Below, one piece after another: positions 56,077 through 64,000 of a stretch of DNA of 64,000 nt. Each line of letters begins with the position of its first letter. The stretch's first letter is position 1. Below the pieces are notes generated by a model, which saw only the letters and a list, made by a program, of their open reading frames with translations, made no database searches and was not told the origin of the DNA. The position numbers and the translations under genes were made by a program. The stretch is from NCBI GenBank assembly GCA_016784445.1, contig JADHUR010000001.1:19464-83463 (forward strand). Reading direction: 5' to 3'. This DNA comes from Patescibacteria group bacterium (GTDB taxonomy: Bacteria > Patescibacteriota > Patescibacteriia > UBA1558).

Positions 56077-58629
56077 TTACATAATTTTTTCCGGAGCAGA
56101 TGATAGCTTTGTACCCATCTGTGCTCTCTTCTTAATGTCCGCTTCAACCTGTTCACGAGGTCTACCATACTTTAATCTAGACAACTGTATAACAGCATCT
56201 GCCATCTCTTGTTTACCCTGTGGCTCTCTATCGAATGAAATATTGAATGCTGGTGGATTAGCATTGTCTATTAATAATTTAGCATAGGCTGTATATTTTG
56301 GAACATTAACAACATCATATTGATCAAATACTGGGGCAAATTGTTTAGATAAAATCTCTGCATCATCTACACCAACTCTATATGCAATAGTTGTACCAAC
56401 ATTACCAAAGACTGCATCACGAATCGTTGTATCATTATTTTTAGTAAGCTGGCCAATATATTGATGAGCAATAATTAAATTGAGTTTATACTTTCTAGCC
56501 TCAGATAAAATGATTGCAATACTATCTGTTGTGAAGTTTTGAAACTCATCAATGTATAAATAGAAATCTTTTCTCTTATCTTCGTCCATATCTACTCTAG
56601 ATAAAGATGCTAGTAATATCTTACCCACAATAATCATACCAAGTAGGCTTGAGTTAATGTCTCCAAGCTTTCCTTTTGTTAAATTAACAATAAATATTTT
56701 ACCTTCATCCATTGCCTTCCTAAAATCTATACTGCTAGTTTGCTGAGCAATAATAGGTCGCATAAGATCATTAGCTATAAATGGTGTTAGCTTACTGGTA
56801 ATATATGGAACCATATTAGCAAGTGCTGCTTCACCACCAGCTTTTTGTGCTTCTTTTTCCCAAAAATCCTTTACACTTTGATTATTACATTTACTCAATT
56901 TTAAAGCTCTGAAATCTTCATCAGCAAGTACTCTAGGTATTTCCATTAAAGTCATACCAGATTCTGGATCATCCATGATAAGAAGTAATGCATTACGCAT
57001 ATACTGTTCAAACATTGGTCCACCAGTTGCTTTTAAGTCATAAAGTTTATCAAATATAGAAAGTAATTCATTAACAACAAATGTTTTTTGTTCTGGACTA
57101 CTATACTCAAGCATATTAAGAGACATTGGTCTTTCTGTATCCATTGGATTGAAATAGATAACATCCTCTGCTCTTTCTTTAGGAATATTTTTTAACATGT
57201 CCAGTGCAAAATCTCCATGAGGATCTATAACACAACAACCTTCGCCATTTTGCATATCCTGAATCATCATATTTTTCATAACTGTAGACTTACCAACACC
57301 AGTTTGACCAATAATATATACATGACGTCTTCTGTCTGCTCTCTTCATTCTCACTTCTCTTGTAATACCCCTATACTCGCTCTTACCAAGTATAATACCT
57401 TCATTAGGTAAGTTTACAGGCGGCGCTGCTTTCCTAGCTCCCAGCCAACGAATATTAGGTGTAGCATTATTAAAAAGAGGCATATGCCATAAAGAAACAG
57501 CTTCCTCTGTATTCATGATCATCTTATAATTCTCGTCAAAGTTACGATAAATATAATCATGTATAATCTGATTACGCTTTGATTCTTTCTTTGGTTGCCA
57601 TATCTTAAAACTATTCCCCTGTTGAAACATACTAAATTGACTAAATGAATTTAACATATCATTTAATTTAGCATTTGCTACCTGTTCTGAATTAGCAGAT
57701 ACAATAACTCTTAAATTTACATCCAGTCCAGCCTTTGCAGATTTTTCCTCAATATTTTTAATAAGTTCTTGTTCCATTGGAGAAATTTGCCTCATTGGTG
57801 GTCTGTCCATTCCATCGCTTCCAGCTGACTCTCTTGTTGCCTTAAGTAGATTTAAAATAAAATTAAATAATTTACCAGCTTTAGAACCAAAGCCAACAGA
57901 TTGCATAGCCTGACTTAAAGACTTTCCCTGTTGCATTGTACTAGCCACCTTATTACCCATATAATGCCATCTTCTATGTGCAGAACGAATAATAAGCTGA
58001 ACGGCAGCTCCTTCTGTTTCATCGATTTTACCCAAACTTGTAGTTATAATATTAAGAGGATCATTCTCAAGTTTTAAATATGTCTTAATTGGAAATATAT
58101 ATTCTCTCTTAAACTTTAGAACAGCAGCTGCAATATGACTTTGCGCCTGAAAAATATTATAATCCTCTATTGTATCAATATTTATATGTGGGTAAATAGC
58201 ATGTAATTGCTGAGTAACAAAATCCTTATTTATCTCAGGCACAGCTAAATAGAATTCAATCATCCCTTTATTTGCTACCATTTCCATTGCAAATACATCT
58301 GTTCTACCATAAAGCCAGGCCTTAAATCCACGCTGCGCATCAAGACCACCTAAAGTTGAGAATAAATTCTCGGCCATAGATATTGCTTCATGGTTCTTTT
58401 GAATTGTCTCTTCCCCATCCTTATCCTTACTAATTTTAGGTATAGTTAAGGCAAGTACAATTGGTTTCCATTCCTCTGGAAATTTATTATTTTTTCTAAT
58501 ATATTTAAGAATCTGTTTGAATATAATCCACGAAACGATTAATACTACAATTAAAATAGCAAGTCCAATGAAATAGTTTGGATTAATTTCAACATTTATT
58601 TGATTCTCTGGTACTGCAATAGGATTCAT
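56077..58629 (-). CDS. membrane-anchored VirD4/TraG/TraD-like P-loop ATPase (type IV coupling-protein-like, HerA/FtsK superfamily)
   Basis: N-terminal TM; Walker A GQTGVGKST followed by CCVIDPHGDF (the VirD4-type vIDPkGe box); Walker B LYIDEFQNF; 850 aa. Confidence 0.6.
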   Translation of the reverse strand: MNPIAVPENQINVEINPNYFIGLAILIVVLIVSWIIFKQILKYIRKNNKFPEEWKPIVLALTIPKISKDKDGEETIQKNHEAISMAENLFSTLGGLDAQRGFKAWLYGRTDVFAMEMVANKGMIEFYLAVPEINKDFVTQQLHAIYPHINIDTIEDYNIFQAQSHIAAAVLKFKREYIFPIKTYLKLENDPLNIITTSLGKIDETEGAAVQLIIRSAHRRWHYMGNKVASTMQQGKSLSQAMQSVGFGSKAGKLFNFILNLLKATRESAGSDGMDRPPMRQISPMEQELIKNIEEKSAKAGLDVNLRVIVSANSEQVANAKLNDMLNSFSQFSMFQQGNSFKIWQPKKESKRNQIIHDYIYRNFDENYKMIMNTEEAVSLWHMPLFNNATPNIRWLGARKAAPPVNLPNEGIILGKSEYRGITREVRMKRADRRRHVYIIGQTGVGKSTVMKNMMIQDMQNGEGCCVIDPHGDFALDMLKNIPKERAEDVIYFNPMDTERPMSLNMLEYSSPEQKTFVVNELLSIFDKLYDLKATGGPMFEQYMRNALLLIMDDPESGMTLMEIPRVLADEDFRALKLSKCNNQSVKDFWEKEAQKAGGEAALANMVPYITSKLTPFIANDLMRPIIAQQTSSIDFRKAMDEGKIFIVNLTKGKLGDINSSLLGMIIVGKILLASLSRVDMDEDKRKDFYLYIDEFQNFTTDSIAIILSEARKYKLNLIIAHQYIGQLTKNNDTTIRDAVFGNVGTTIAYRVGVDDAEILSKQFAPVFDQYDVVNVPKYTAYAKLLIDNANPPAFNISFDREPQGKQEMADAVIQLSRLKYGRPREQVEADIKKRAQMGTKLSSAPEKIM

Positions 58630-59117
58630 TATCTAACTTTACGATTAAGAAATATCTTATCTGCTTTAATTTTAGCTGATTGCTCTACAAAAAATATATT
58701 AAGTCCTGGAACTGTCCCTAGCCATTTTTTAATTATACCTATAATTTCTTCAATTTTAACAACAGCCTTTTGTAATAGTGTGTTTACTTCACTAGCTGCT
58801 TGTTCGCCAGACTCCTTAAACTTCTTCTGATCGGAAGGATTAAGTTTCATATAATAATCTTCAAGTCCTGCTGCTAAAACATCCTCAATCTGCTTAATCT
58901 GAGGATCTTTAATAACTGGTACTTGTTTTACAATGGGTACTGGCTTGTTAATTACCTGTTTAGCAGATGCAGTCTTATCAGATTTATCCTCTGCTACTTT
59001 CTCAGTTTTTACTTCCGTCTTAGCCTCAGGCTTTATCTCTTGAGACTGATCTGGGCTATTTGGTTGCTCTAAATTTATGAATTCATTTTCCATGGTTTTA
59101 TTATACCAAAAAAACAC
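58629..59117 (-). CDS. hypothetical Lys/Glu-rich protein
   Basis: ORF coupled (1-nt overlap) to the ATPase gene; the real start is probably the internal MENEF. Confidence 0.35.
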   Translation of the reverse strand: MFFWYNKTMENEFINLEQPNSPDQSQEIKPEAKTEVKTEKVAEDKSDKTASAKQVINKPVPIVKQVPVIKDPQIKQIEDVLAAGLEDYYMKLNPSDQKKFKESGEQAASEVNTLLQKAVVKIEEIIGIIKKWLGTVPGLNIFFVEQSAKIKADKIFLNRKVR

Positions 59118-59158
59118 AATTTTTTTAAGACTTTGTAAAATTATGTTATAATATATCC

Positions 59159-60085
59159 ATGATAAATGGTATTAGCAAAATTAAGACAAATAGACTTACT
59201 TGGACACACTTCAATAAATTTGATAGTGATGAAGCAGAATACTTAAGGGAGAATTATGATTTTCATCCTTTAGATATTGAAGATTGTCTATCGCCTGCTC
59301 AAAGACCAAAACTAGATGAATATCCTAGCTATATTTTTTTAATACTCACCTTCCCTATATATGTGCCAGAGAATAAGGAAATAGTATCTGCTGAAGTTAA
59401 TTTCTTTATTGGACCTGAATTTGTCATTACAGTAAATAAAGATAAATTATCCCCACTTACAAAATTCTTTGAACAATGTCAGCTCAATGACACAATGAGA
59501 GATAAGTTTATGGAGGGAAATCCAACTAAACTTCTTTATGAAATTTTAAACAGATTACAAGAGTATTGTTTCCCGATGCTAGATCACATTAGTGATGATA
59601 TAGATTATTTAGAAAAAGGTATCTTTGAAGGATATGAAAGAGCGATGGTTGAAAAGATATTAATTGTTAGACGTAATATTGTAAATTTCAGAAAGATAAT
59701 GCAAGCACATAAAAATGTTATCAAAAAGATCATATCAAAAAATACTAAATACTTTATTCCAACAAGTATAGAAACATATTATGCAAATATCTTAGAGCAA
59801 ACAAAAGATATTTGGGATATATTAAATAATCAAAGAGAAACAATTGAAGCCTTACATAGTACTAATGAATCATTAATATCTTTTCGTTTGAATGATATTA
59901 TGAAAATATTAACAGTAATATCCGTTATTATAGTGCCAGCTAATCTTATGGCATCTATCTTTGGTATGAATGCTATCTTTATGCCAATTGTTCAACATAG
60001 ATATGGCTTTTGGATACTATTAGGATTTATGATGATTGTCATGCTAATACTGGCATACTATTTTAGAAAGAAAAAATGGCTATAA
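59159..60085 (+). CDS. corA: CorA-family Mg2+/Co2+ transporter
   Basis: A cytoplasmic N-domain and two C-terminal TM helices with the GMN motif (IFGMNAIFMP). A terminator hairpin (acctct/agaggt plus T-run) lies at about 60111-60139. Confidence 0.85.
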   Translation: MINGISKIKTNRLTWTHFNKFDSDEAEYLRENYDFHPLDIEDCLSPAQRPKLDEYPSYIFLILTFPIYVPENKEIVSAEVNFFIGPEFVITVNKDKLSPLTKFFEQCQLNDTMRDKFMEGNPTKLLYEILNRLQEYCFPMLDHISDDIDYLEKGIFEGYERAMVEKILIVRRNIVNFRKIMQAHKNVIKKIISKNTKYFIPTSIETYYANILEQTKDIWDILNNQRETIEALHSTNESLISFRLNDIMKILTVISVIIVPANLMASIFGMNAIFMPIVQHRYGFWILLGFMMIVMLILAYYFRKKKWL

Positions 60086-60169
60086 TCTATATATAGTTTT
60101 TATCAAATACCTCTTTTATAGAGGTTTTTTTAATTGGGCAAAACTCTAAGATTAGTATAAAATATATAT

Positions 60170-61546
60170 ATGAATAAAATATACTTAAGTAATACAATTA
60201 CAAAGAAAAAGGAAGAATTCATACCTATTAAAAAAAATAGGGTTGGTTTCTATTCATGTGGTCCAACAGTATATGCATATCCACATATTGGTAATATGCG
60301 TACATATATCATGAATGACATACTAAAAAGAACTTTTGTGTTCAATGGATATATAGTTAAACATATAATGAATATTACAGATGTTGGTCATTTAACATCT
60401 GATGCAGACTCTGGTGAAGATAAATTAGAAAAAGCAAAGCTTAAAGAAAAGAAATCTGCTTGGGATATTGCCAAATATTATACAGATATTTTTAAAGACT
60501 ATAGCAATCAATTAAATATATTACCCCCTACAAAATATGTACGAGCAACAGATTGTATTAAACAACAAATAAAGCTTGTTAAAATACTAGATAAAAAAGG
60601 ATATATATATAAAACAAAAGACGGCATGTATTTTGATACATCTAAATTAAAAGACTATGGTAAACTTTCTGGTCAAGATTTAAAGAGCCTAAAAGCGGGT
60701 GCTAGAATCGATATGGCAGATAAAAAGAATCCTACAGACTTTTCTGTATGGAAATTCTCTCCAGAAAACTCACAAAGGGATATGGAATGGAAATCTCCTT
60801 GGGGTATAGGCTTTCCTGGTTGGCATTTAGAATGTTCAGTAATATCTACTAAATATTTAAGTCAACCTTTTGACATACATACCGGTGGTATTGAACATAT
60901 TCCTATTCACCATACAAATGAAATTGCACAATCTGAAGCAGCTTATGGTAAAAAGATGGCTAATTATTGGATACACTTTGAACATTTAATTATGCGTGAA
61001 GCTAAAATGTCTAAATCATCCGGTGATAGCATTACTTTAAACAATCTTAAAGAAAAGAACATTAATCCCCTAGCTCTTCGTTATTTAACCTTGCAAACAC
61101 ATTACTCTAAACATTTAGAATTTTCTTGGGACTCTTTAAATGCTGCTTATATAGCATATAATAAACTGGGTAATAAATTATCTACATTTGATAATAATGG
61201 TACTGTTAATATGAAATATATAAATAAGTTTAATAGTGTTATTAATGATGATATAAACACACCTCAAGCGCTTGCTATTATTTGGACTATTATGAAAGAT
61301 GATAATATTAAAGACGAAGACAAGAAAGCTACTATTTACTCAATAGATAATGTACTAGGTCTTAATTTAGAAATGTATGAAGTTCCAGAAATTCCAACAA
61401 ATATTATTGAACTTGCAGATAAAAGATGGCAAGCAAAGAAAAATAAAGAATGGGATATAGCAGATAATCTAAGAAAGGAAATATTTAGTAAAGGTTATAC
61501 AATAAAAGATTTAGCAGATAAATATATAATAATAGCCAATGACTAA
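60170..61546 (+). CDS. cysS: cysteine--tRNA ligase
   Basis: FYSCGPTVYAYPHIGNMRTY (the HIGH motif), Zn-binding Cys residues, and KMSKSSGD. Confidence 0.95.
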   Translation: MNKIYLSNTITKKKEEFIPIKKNRVGFYSCGPTVYAYPHIGNMRTYIMNDILKRTFVFNGYIVKHIMNITDVGHLTSDADSGEDKLEKAKLKEKKSAWDIAKYYTDIFKDYSNQLNILPPTKYVRATDCIKQQIKLVKILDKKGYIYKTKDGMYFDTSKLKDYGKLSGQDLKSLKAGARIDMADKKNPTDFSVWKFSPENSQRDMEWKSPWGIGFPGWHLECSVISTKYLSQPFDIHTGGIEHIPIHHTNEIAQSEAAYGKKMANYWIHFEHLIMREAKMSKSSGDSITLNNLKEKNINPLALRYLTLQTHYSKHLEFSWDSLNAAYIAYNKLGNKLSTFDNNGTVNMKYINKFNSVINDDINTPQALAIIWTIMKDDNIKDEDKKATIYSIDNVLGLNLEMYEVPEIPTNIIELADKRWQAKKNKEWDIADNLRKEIFSKGYTIKDLADKYIIIAND

Positions 61547-62474
61547 TTTTTGGAGTAAATTAAACAAACCAATAATAGCATTGGCCCCCATGGCTGGAAT
61601 TACAGATTCCAGTTTTCGTATTGTATGTAAACAATTTGGAGCAGATGTTTTGTACACAGAAATGGTATCTGCTGCTGGACTTACATTTGAAGGAGCCAAA
61701 ACTCTACGATATTTAAAACACAAAAAGAAAGAAAGACCTGTTGTATTACAACTATTTGGATCTAATCCTAAACAATTTGCAGTCGCTGCTAAAAAGGTTG
61801 AAAAAGCTGGCTTTTCTGGAATAGATATTAACTTTGGTTGTCCTGCAAAAAAAGTTGTTCAAAACCAATCAGGTTGTACTTTAATGGACAATTTAGATAA
61901 TGCATATAATATTATTAAAGCTACTTGTGATGCTACTTCCCTACCTGTTTCTATTAAACTAAGGAGAAGTAAAGGAAAGACCACTGCATCAATGCTTATT
62001 GAAAAAGTAAAAGACTTACCTATTAAAGCTATTATGATTCATGGTAGAAGTTTTGAACAAGCTTTTGCAGGAGATCCTGAATGGGATGAGATTATAAAAG
62101 TTAGAAAAATATATAAAGGTATACTACTTGCTAATGGTGGAATATATAGCCCAGAAGATGCTAAGAAAGTATTAGCAATAACTGGAGCAGATGGCATTGG
62201 CCTTGCTCAAGGTGTTTGGGGTAGTCCATGGTTATTTAAACAAGTTAAAGATTATCTAAAGAAAGATAAATATACGAATCTTAATTGGAAACAAATAAAA
62301 AAAGTTATCCTGAAACATGCAAAACTTTCTGTTAAGGATAAAGATAATCTTATTGAATTACGTAAGCATTTACTTTGGTATGTTAAAGGTCATAAACAAG
62401 CAAAAGAATTAAAAAAAGAGTTAATACATATTACAACTCTTAAAGATATTAAATCTATTTTGAAGAAATACTAA
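61539..62474 (+). CDS. dus: tRNA-dihydrouridine synthase
   Basis: IIALAPMAGITDSSFRIVCKQFGADVLYTEMVSA is the Dus signature; a TIM barrel with an FMN site. Confidence 0.9.
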   Translation: MTNFWSKLNKPIIALAPMAGITDSSFRIVCKQFGADVLYTEMVSAAGLTFEGAKTLRYLKHKKKERPVVLQLFGSNPKQFAVAAKKVEKAGFSGIDINFGCPAKKVVQNQSGCTLMDNLDNAYNIIKATCDATSLPVSIKLRRSKGKTTASMLIEKVKDLPIKAIMIHGRSFEQAFAGDPEWDEIIKVRKIYKGILLANGGIYSPEDAKKVLAITGADGIGLAQGVWGSPWLFKQVKDYLKKDKYTNLNWKQIKKVILKHAKLSVKDKDNLIELRKHLLWYVKGHKQAKELKKELIHITTLKDIKSILKKY

Positions 62475-63053
62475 TTATTCAGACTCTTCTTCTGCCTCAA
62501 GCTGTTTTTTAGACGGTTTTTTTATTAAACCTAAAGTGAGAATAGGTGCTACTATCCAAAAGAATTGAGCACCCTCTGATACAAATACAGATTTTGTAAA
62601 GAAAGATAAATACTCTACTAAATAAGCCGGTAAAAAAGATAAGGTTAATGATATTAACAAGCCTGTATATAATAAAGACAGGGCCATTATTTGCCATGAA
62701 GGCGTATATTGAGAAGAACCTCTCATATATCTCAATAAAGCTGACTTGTTTAAAAATGTAAATAGACCAATAAATACAGATAAAAATACTGCAATTTTTA
62801 CAGCAAATAATTTATCTATCCAATTACTAGAAAATATATTCTCTAAATACGGTAATGTATTAACAACTGCAAGTGAAATATATATTGAAAATAATAATAC
62901 GATAACTCTTCTTCTTCCAAAGGACATACTAAATACCACAGCAGCTACAATAAAAAAAAGTATCAACATAATATCCCAGCTGGGTGATGCCCAACCGAGC
63001 GTTGATACTTCTTCTGTAAGCTGTGTAGTTGCTATATTTAATCCTTCACTCAT
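62475..63053 (-). CDS. integral membrane protein, unknown function
   Basis: Five hydrophobic helices. Confidence 0.4.
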   Translation of the reverse strand: MSEGLNIATTQLTEEVSTLGWASPSWDIMLILFFIVAAVVFSMSFGRRRVIVLLFSIYISLAVVNTLPYLENIFSSNWIDKLFAVKIAVFLSVFIGLFTFLNKSALLRYMRGSSQYTPSWQIMALSLLYTGLLISLTLSFLPAYLVEYLSFFTKSVFVSEGAQFFWIVAPILTLGLIKKPSKKQLEAEEESE

Positions 63054-63077
63054 GACTATATTATAGCACAGCTATAT

Positions 63078-64000
63078 TTATAACCCTTCTTTTTGTAATT
63101 TCTCAAGTAATTTCTTTTGATCGCGTGTTAGTTTATTTGGTATTGATATATCTACCTCAACATATAAATTACCATAACCTCTACCGCCTAATTTTGGCAT
63201 TCCTTTACCTCGAATAATAAACTGTTTACCAGATTTTGTTCCTGCTGGTATTTTTAATTTAACTTCATTCTCTACAGTTTGTACAGCAACTTTATCTCCA
63301 AGAGTTGCTTGAGTAATACTGATAGGAATTGTTACAAACAGATTCTCTCCTTCTCTTTTGAATTTATTGGATGGAGATACTCTTAAACTAATATATAAAT
63401 CCCCTGCAGCTGCACCTTTACTACCGGCCTCACCTTTACCAGACATCTTCAAGCTTTGATCATTGCCAATACCTGCAGGTATTTTAACCTTAATTTGCTC
63501 AATACCTTCAGATAAACCTTGCCCATTACATTTAGTACATTTCTGCGATGGTGTTTCTCCCTCACCATCACAATCTGAACACATGCCGACAGTAGCCATT
63601 TGTCCAAATATACTATTTCGTACTTGTCTTATTTTTCCTGAACCATTACAAGTTTTACACTTATCTATCTTCGCTCCTGGCTCAGCTCCATCACCCTTGC
63701 AGTGTTCACAGACAATAGCTTTTCTAAGTTGAATAGTTTTCTCAGCTCCATAATAAGAATCATCAAAAGATATATTCATACTTGATTCAATATCCCTACC
63801 TCTTTGTGGCCCAGATTTTCGCCTACTACCACCAAATATATCGCCAAAGCCACCCCCAAACATATCACTTAAATCATCCATATTAATACCACCTGAAAAT
63901 CCTTGACTACCACCAAAACCACCTTGCCCATTATTAGCACGAGCACCATCAAAACCAAAAGGACCAGATGATCCAAATTGATCATATTGATGACGCTTAT
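63078..64000 (-). CDS. dnaJ: chaperone DnaJ, partial (the J-domain runs off the window end)
   Basis: G/F-rich linker and four CxxCxGxG zinc-finger repeats (CEHCKGDG, CKTCNGSG, CSDCDGEG, CTKCNGQG) plus the C-terminal domains. Hand translation upstream of the tracked start continues in frame (...KRHQYDQFG... is the end of a J-domain) to position 64000. Confidence 0.85.
   Translation of the reverse strand, partial: KRHQYDQFGSSGPFGFDGARANNGQGGFGGSQGFSGGINMDDLSDMFGGGFGDIFGGSRRKSGPQRGRDIESSMNISFDDSYYGAEKTIQLRKAIVCEHCKGDGAEPGAKIDKCKTCNGSGKIRQVRNSIFGQMATVGMCSDCDGEGETPSQKCTKCNGQGLSEGIEQIKVKIPAGIGNDQSLKMSGKGEAGSKGAAAGDLYISLRVSPSNKFKREGENLFVTIPISITQATLGDKVAVQTVENEVKLKIPAGTKSGKQFIIRGKGMPKLGGRGYGNLYVEVDISIPNKLTRDQKKLLEKLQKEGL

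Noticed and set aside
61511-61723. 70-aa minus-strand ORF
   Set aside because: It is antisense to the cysS/dus junction, a shadow ORF.
62746-63066. 106-aa plus-strand ORF
   Set aside because: It is antisense to the 62475-63053 membrane-protein gene. I chose the membrane protein because of its clear TM periodicity, but the strand choice here is less certain than elsewhere.
1-64000. Alternative genetic code (code 25, UGA=Gly, as in some CPR lineages)
   Set aside because: Family-recognisable proteins (enolase, PGK, CysS, RarA, FtsI and others) are full length and end at TGA or TAA in the standard code. No run of broken ORFs is seen.

Overview
The window is low-GC (about 30% by eye), very gene-dense, and mostly coded on the minus strand. 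The genes are small and there are short Cys-rich ORFs. The content reads like a reduced-genome bacterium, and I lean towards a Candidate Phyla Radiation / Patescibacteria-type organism on these grounds: a truncated dcw cluster, a type IV pilin, a cytoplasmic group-3b-type [NiFe] hydrogenase, and no biosynthetic genes. That lineage call is inference only. TGA is used as a stop codon throughout, so the standard bacterial code applies and not code 25.

Supported content, from low to high coordinates:
- A membrane-associated HtrA-like protease and an SPFH protein.
- A nucleotide-sanitation cluster: a DNPH1/Rcl-like hydrolase, a second deoxyribosyltransferase-fold protein, NUDIX, MazG-like, and two zinc-ribbon proteins, next to rarA.
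- A plus-strand islet of four small stand-alone genes, each with its own sigma70-like promoter, strong Shine-Dalgarno and intrinsic terminator, and visibly higher GC.
- A MacAB-type ABC exporter (HlyD adaptor, ATPase, two MacB/FtsX permeases), flanked by a CYTH protein and an M23 peptidase.
- A type IV pilin, tRNA-Glu(CUC), then a shortened dcw cluster (mraZ-rsmH-ftsL-ftsI-murF).
- rplJ-rplL, detached from rplKA and rpoBC.
- Cell-wall genes mltG, uppP and a CAP-domain protein, plus pcm.
- One same-strand, largely overlapping or tightly packed gene train of about 18 kb. It runs from an inactive asparaginase-fold protein and a 188-aa protein through the hydrogenase subunits (beta, gamma, three inserted membrane/unknown genes, small subunit, large subunit), a zinc-less HypA-like gene and hypC. 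Next comes a 1505-aa protein built of about 24 tandem 28-aa repeats, translationally coupled on both sides. The train ends with pgk, eno and two tandem iPGM paralogs.
- tRNA-Gln(CUG), whose 3' 22 nt are directly repeated about 1 kb away, bracketing a single hydrolase gene; this looks like an integration scar.
- dnaX, a VirD4/TraG-like membrane ATPase, corA, cysS, dus and a dnaJ that runs off the window.

The most unusual item is the giant repeat protein embedded between hypC and pgk. All calls rest on motif recognition by eye; no database search was possible.
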